In this document: one piece after another, positions 62,549 to 64,000 of the stretch
How the letters are laid out: each line of letters begins with the position of its first letter
Position numbering within the stretch: the first letter of the stretch is position 1
NCBI GenBank assembly: GCA_021741645.1
Contig: JAIOXK010000004.1
Location: 1,182-65,181, forward strand
DNA: 64,000 nt
Direction: 5' to 3'
Source: Candidatus Nanopelagicales bacterium
GTDB taxonomy: Bacteria > Actinomycetota > Actinomycetes > S36-B12
Program-made: the position numbers and the translations under genes
The notes under the pieces: generated by a model
The model's input: the letters and a program-made list of their open reading frames with translations, nothing else
Told to the model about the DNA's origin: nothing
Databases searched by the model: none

Positions 62549-63019
62549 CTAGCGGGTTCCCCACGTGTAGATCTGCTTGCGCAGCTTGAGGTAGACGAAC
62601 GTTTCCGTTGCCCGCACGCGGGGGAGGGCACGGATCTTGCGGTTGATTACCTCAAGTAGGTGGTCGTCGTCCTCAGCCACGATCTCCGCGAGGATGTCGA
62701 AACTGCCGGCGCAGACGACGAGGTAGTCGACTTCCGGCAGCTTCTCGATCTCGCTGGCGATCTCCTCGGCATCTCCGTCGACGGTGATGCCGATCATCGC
62801 CGAGCGGGAGAAGCCCACCTGGACGGGATCAGTGACGGCGACGATCTGCATGACGCCGGTGTCCTGAAGCCGTTGGACTCGCTGGCGCACGGCGGCCTCG
62901 GAGAGGCCCACCGCTCGACCGATGGTTGCGTAGGGTCGACGCCCGTCCTGCTGGAGCTGCTCGATGATGGCCTTGGAGGTGTCATCCAGCGTGGGGGTGG
63001 GTCGCTCGCGGGAGGCCAT
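62549..63019 (-). CDS. Lrp/AsnC transcriptional regulator
   Basis: LQQDGRRPY..IG..VGLSEAAVRQRV, GSFD. Confidence 0.93.
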   Translation of the reverse strand: MASRERPTPTLDDTSKAIIEQLQQDGRRPYATIGRAVGLSEAAVRQRVQRLQDTGVMQIVAVTDPVQVGFSRSAMIGITVDGDAEEIASEIEKLPEVDYLVVCAGSFDILAEIVAEDDDHLLEVINRKIRALPRVRATETFVYLKLRKQIYTWGTR

Positions 63020-63109
63020 GCCCCATGGTGCCGCAGACTAGAGTCGAATATCAAGCGAATTTCGCGGATTGGAGAGACATATCCAACGAATTCCGCATAG
63101 AGTATGGAA

Positions 63110-63124
63110 ATTGTATCCAATAAT
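63110..63124. promoter_or_regulatory. Operator copy matching the GntR-operon box (inverted)
   Basis: ATTGTATCCAATAAT is the exact reverse complement of 53878-53892. Confidence 0.7.
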
Positions 63125-63177
63125 CGCAGGTGGGCTTAGCCTCCCATCTGTACCTGTCGACGTTACTGGAGGCTCGA

Positions 63178-64000
63178 ATGGGCAAGCGGATCATCACCAA
63201 TGTCATCGGTGGCGAGCGAGTGGAATCCTCGAGTGGAGAGACCACGGACCTCGTCAATCCGTCCACCGGCGAGGTCTTCGCGGCTGCGGCACTGTCCTCG
63301 GAACAGGATGTCGACCGCGCCTACACCGTGGCACAGGAGGCCTTCGGGACGTGGCGTGACAGCACTCCCTCGGAGAGGCAGGCTGCCCTACTGGCCATTG
63401 CGGACACCCTCGAGGCTCATGCCGAGGAACTCGTGGCACTGGAGAGCGAGAACACGGGCAAGCCGATCGCCGTGACCATGGCGGAGGAGATCCCGCCGAT
63501 GATTGACCAGATCCGCTTCTTCGCTGGGGCCGCGCGAGTCCTTGAAGGACGTGCCGCTGGCGAGTACATGAAGGGCTTCACCTCCATCATCCGTCGCGAA
63601 CCCGTGGGTGTCATCGGGCAGGTCACCCCGTGGAACTACCCGATGATGATGGCCGTATGGAAGTTTGCTCCCGCCATCGCTGCGGGCAACGCGGTCGTGC
63701 TCAAGCCCAGTGACACCACCCCTGTCTCGACCGTGCGCATGGCCGAGTTGATCACCGAGTCGGGTGCCCTCCCGCCGGGAGTCATGAATGTGGTCTGCGG
63801 TGATCGCGACACCGGTCGCGCACTGGTGGAGCACGCGGTTCCGCAGATGGTCTCGATCACCGGTTCGGTGCGTGCGGGCATGCAGGTGGCGGAGTCGGCG
63901 GCGAAGGACGTCAAGCGAGTGCACCTGGAACTGGGAGGCAAGGCCCCGGTGGTGATCTTCGACGACGCTGATCTGGAGGCGGCGGCGGAGTGGCTGGCGG
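63178..64000 (+). CDS. Gamma-aminobutyraldehyde/aminoaldehyde dehydrogenase (PatD-like), 3'-truncated by the window edge
   Basis: Manual translation MGKRIITNVIGG...RFFAGAARVLEGRAAGEY...REPVGVIGQVTPWNYP...LELGGKAP; RBS GGAGG; missing from the ORF track because there is no stop. Confidence 0.88.
   Translation, partial: MGKRIITNVIGGERVESSSGETTDLVNPSTGEVFAAAALSSEQDVDRAYTVAQEAFGTWRDSTPSERQAALLAIADTLEAHAEELVALESENTGKPIAVTMAEEIPPMIDQIRFFAGAARVLEGRAAGEYMKGFTSIIRREPVGVIGQVTPWNYPMMMAVWKFAPAIAAGNAVVLKPSDTTPVSTVRMAELITESGALPPGVMNVVCGDRDTGRALVEHAVPQMVSITGSVRAGMQVAESAAKDVKRVHLELGGKAPVVIFDDADLEAAAEWLA

Overview
High-GC actinobacterial chromosomal segment, mostly core genome, with no CRISPR array, prophage or IS element. 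Gene order: cimA (partial), FAH-family gene, gltX, tRNA-Gln, tRNA-Glu, leuCD, hupB, cofC(-), plsC-like, gpsA, trans-sulfuration enzyme(-), ddl, thiL, rpmB(-), DAK2/FakA-like, recG, rsmD, coaD, SepIVA-like, yceD, rpmF, plsX, ACP-like, rnc, mutM, smc, yhhN(-), ftsY, amtB-glnK-glnD, ffh, rpsP-khpA-rimM-trmD, pgm(-), rplS, two lepB, rnhB, yraN-comM-dprA-xerC, M23(-), rpsB-tsf-pyrH-frr-cdsA-rlmN. An accessory catabolic block follows (51.4-64 kb): K+ channel, acyl-CoA synthetase, CoA-transferase/GntR/glutaryl-CoA-dehydrogenase-like/ALDH/nitrobindin operon, and a polyamine catabolic cluster with Lrp. Best leads: (1) a divergent PlsX coupled to an ACP-like protein lacking the phosphopantetheine Ser (LGMQAAD instead of LGxDSLD); (2) an exact 15-bp operator shared by the GntR operon promoter and the aminoaldehyde dehydrogenase promoter 9 kb away, suggesting one diamine-to-glutaryl-CoA regulon; (3) paired TCCACA boxes upstream of both yraN-comM-dprA-xerC and the M23 gene; (4) a QxSLF clamp-binding-like motif in RNase HII; (5) many short tandem duplications, several directly after hairpins. 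All functional calls come from motif and synteny recognition by eye; no database search was run.
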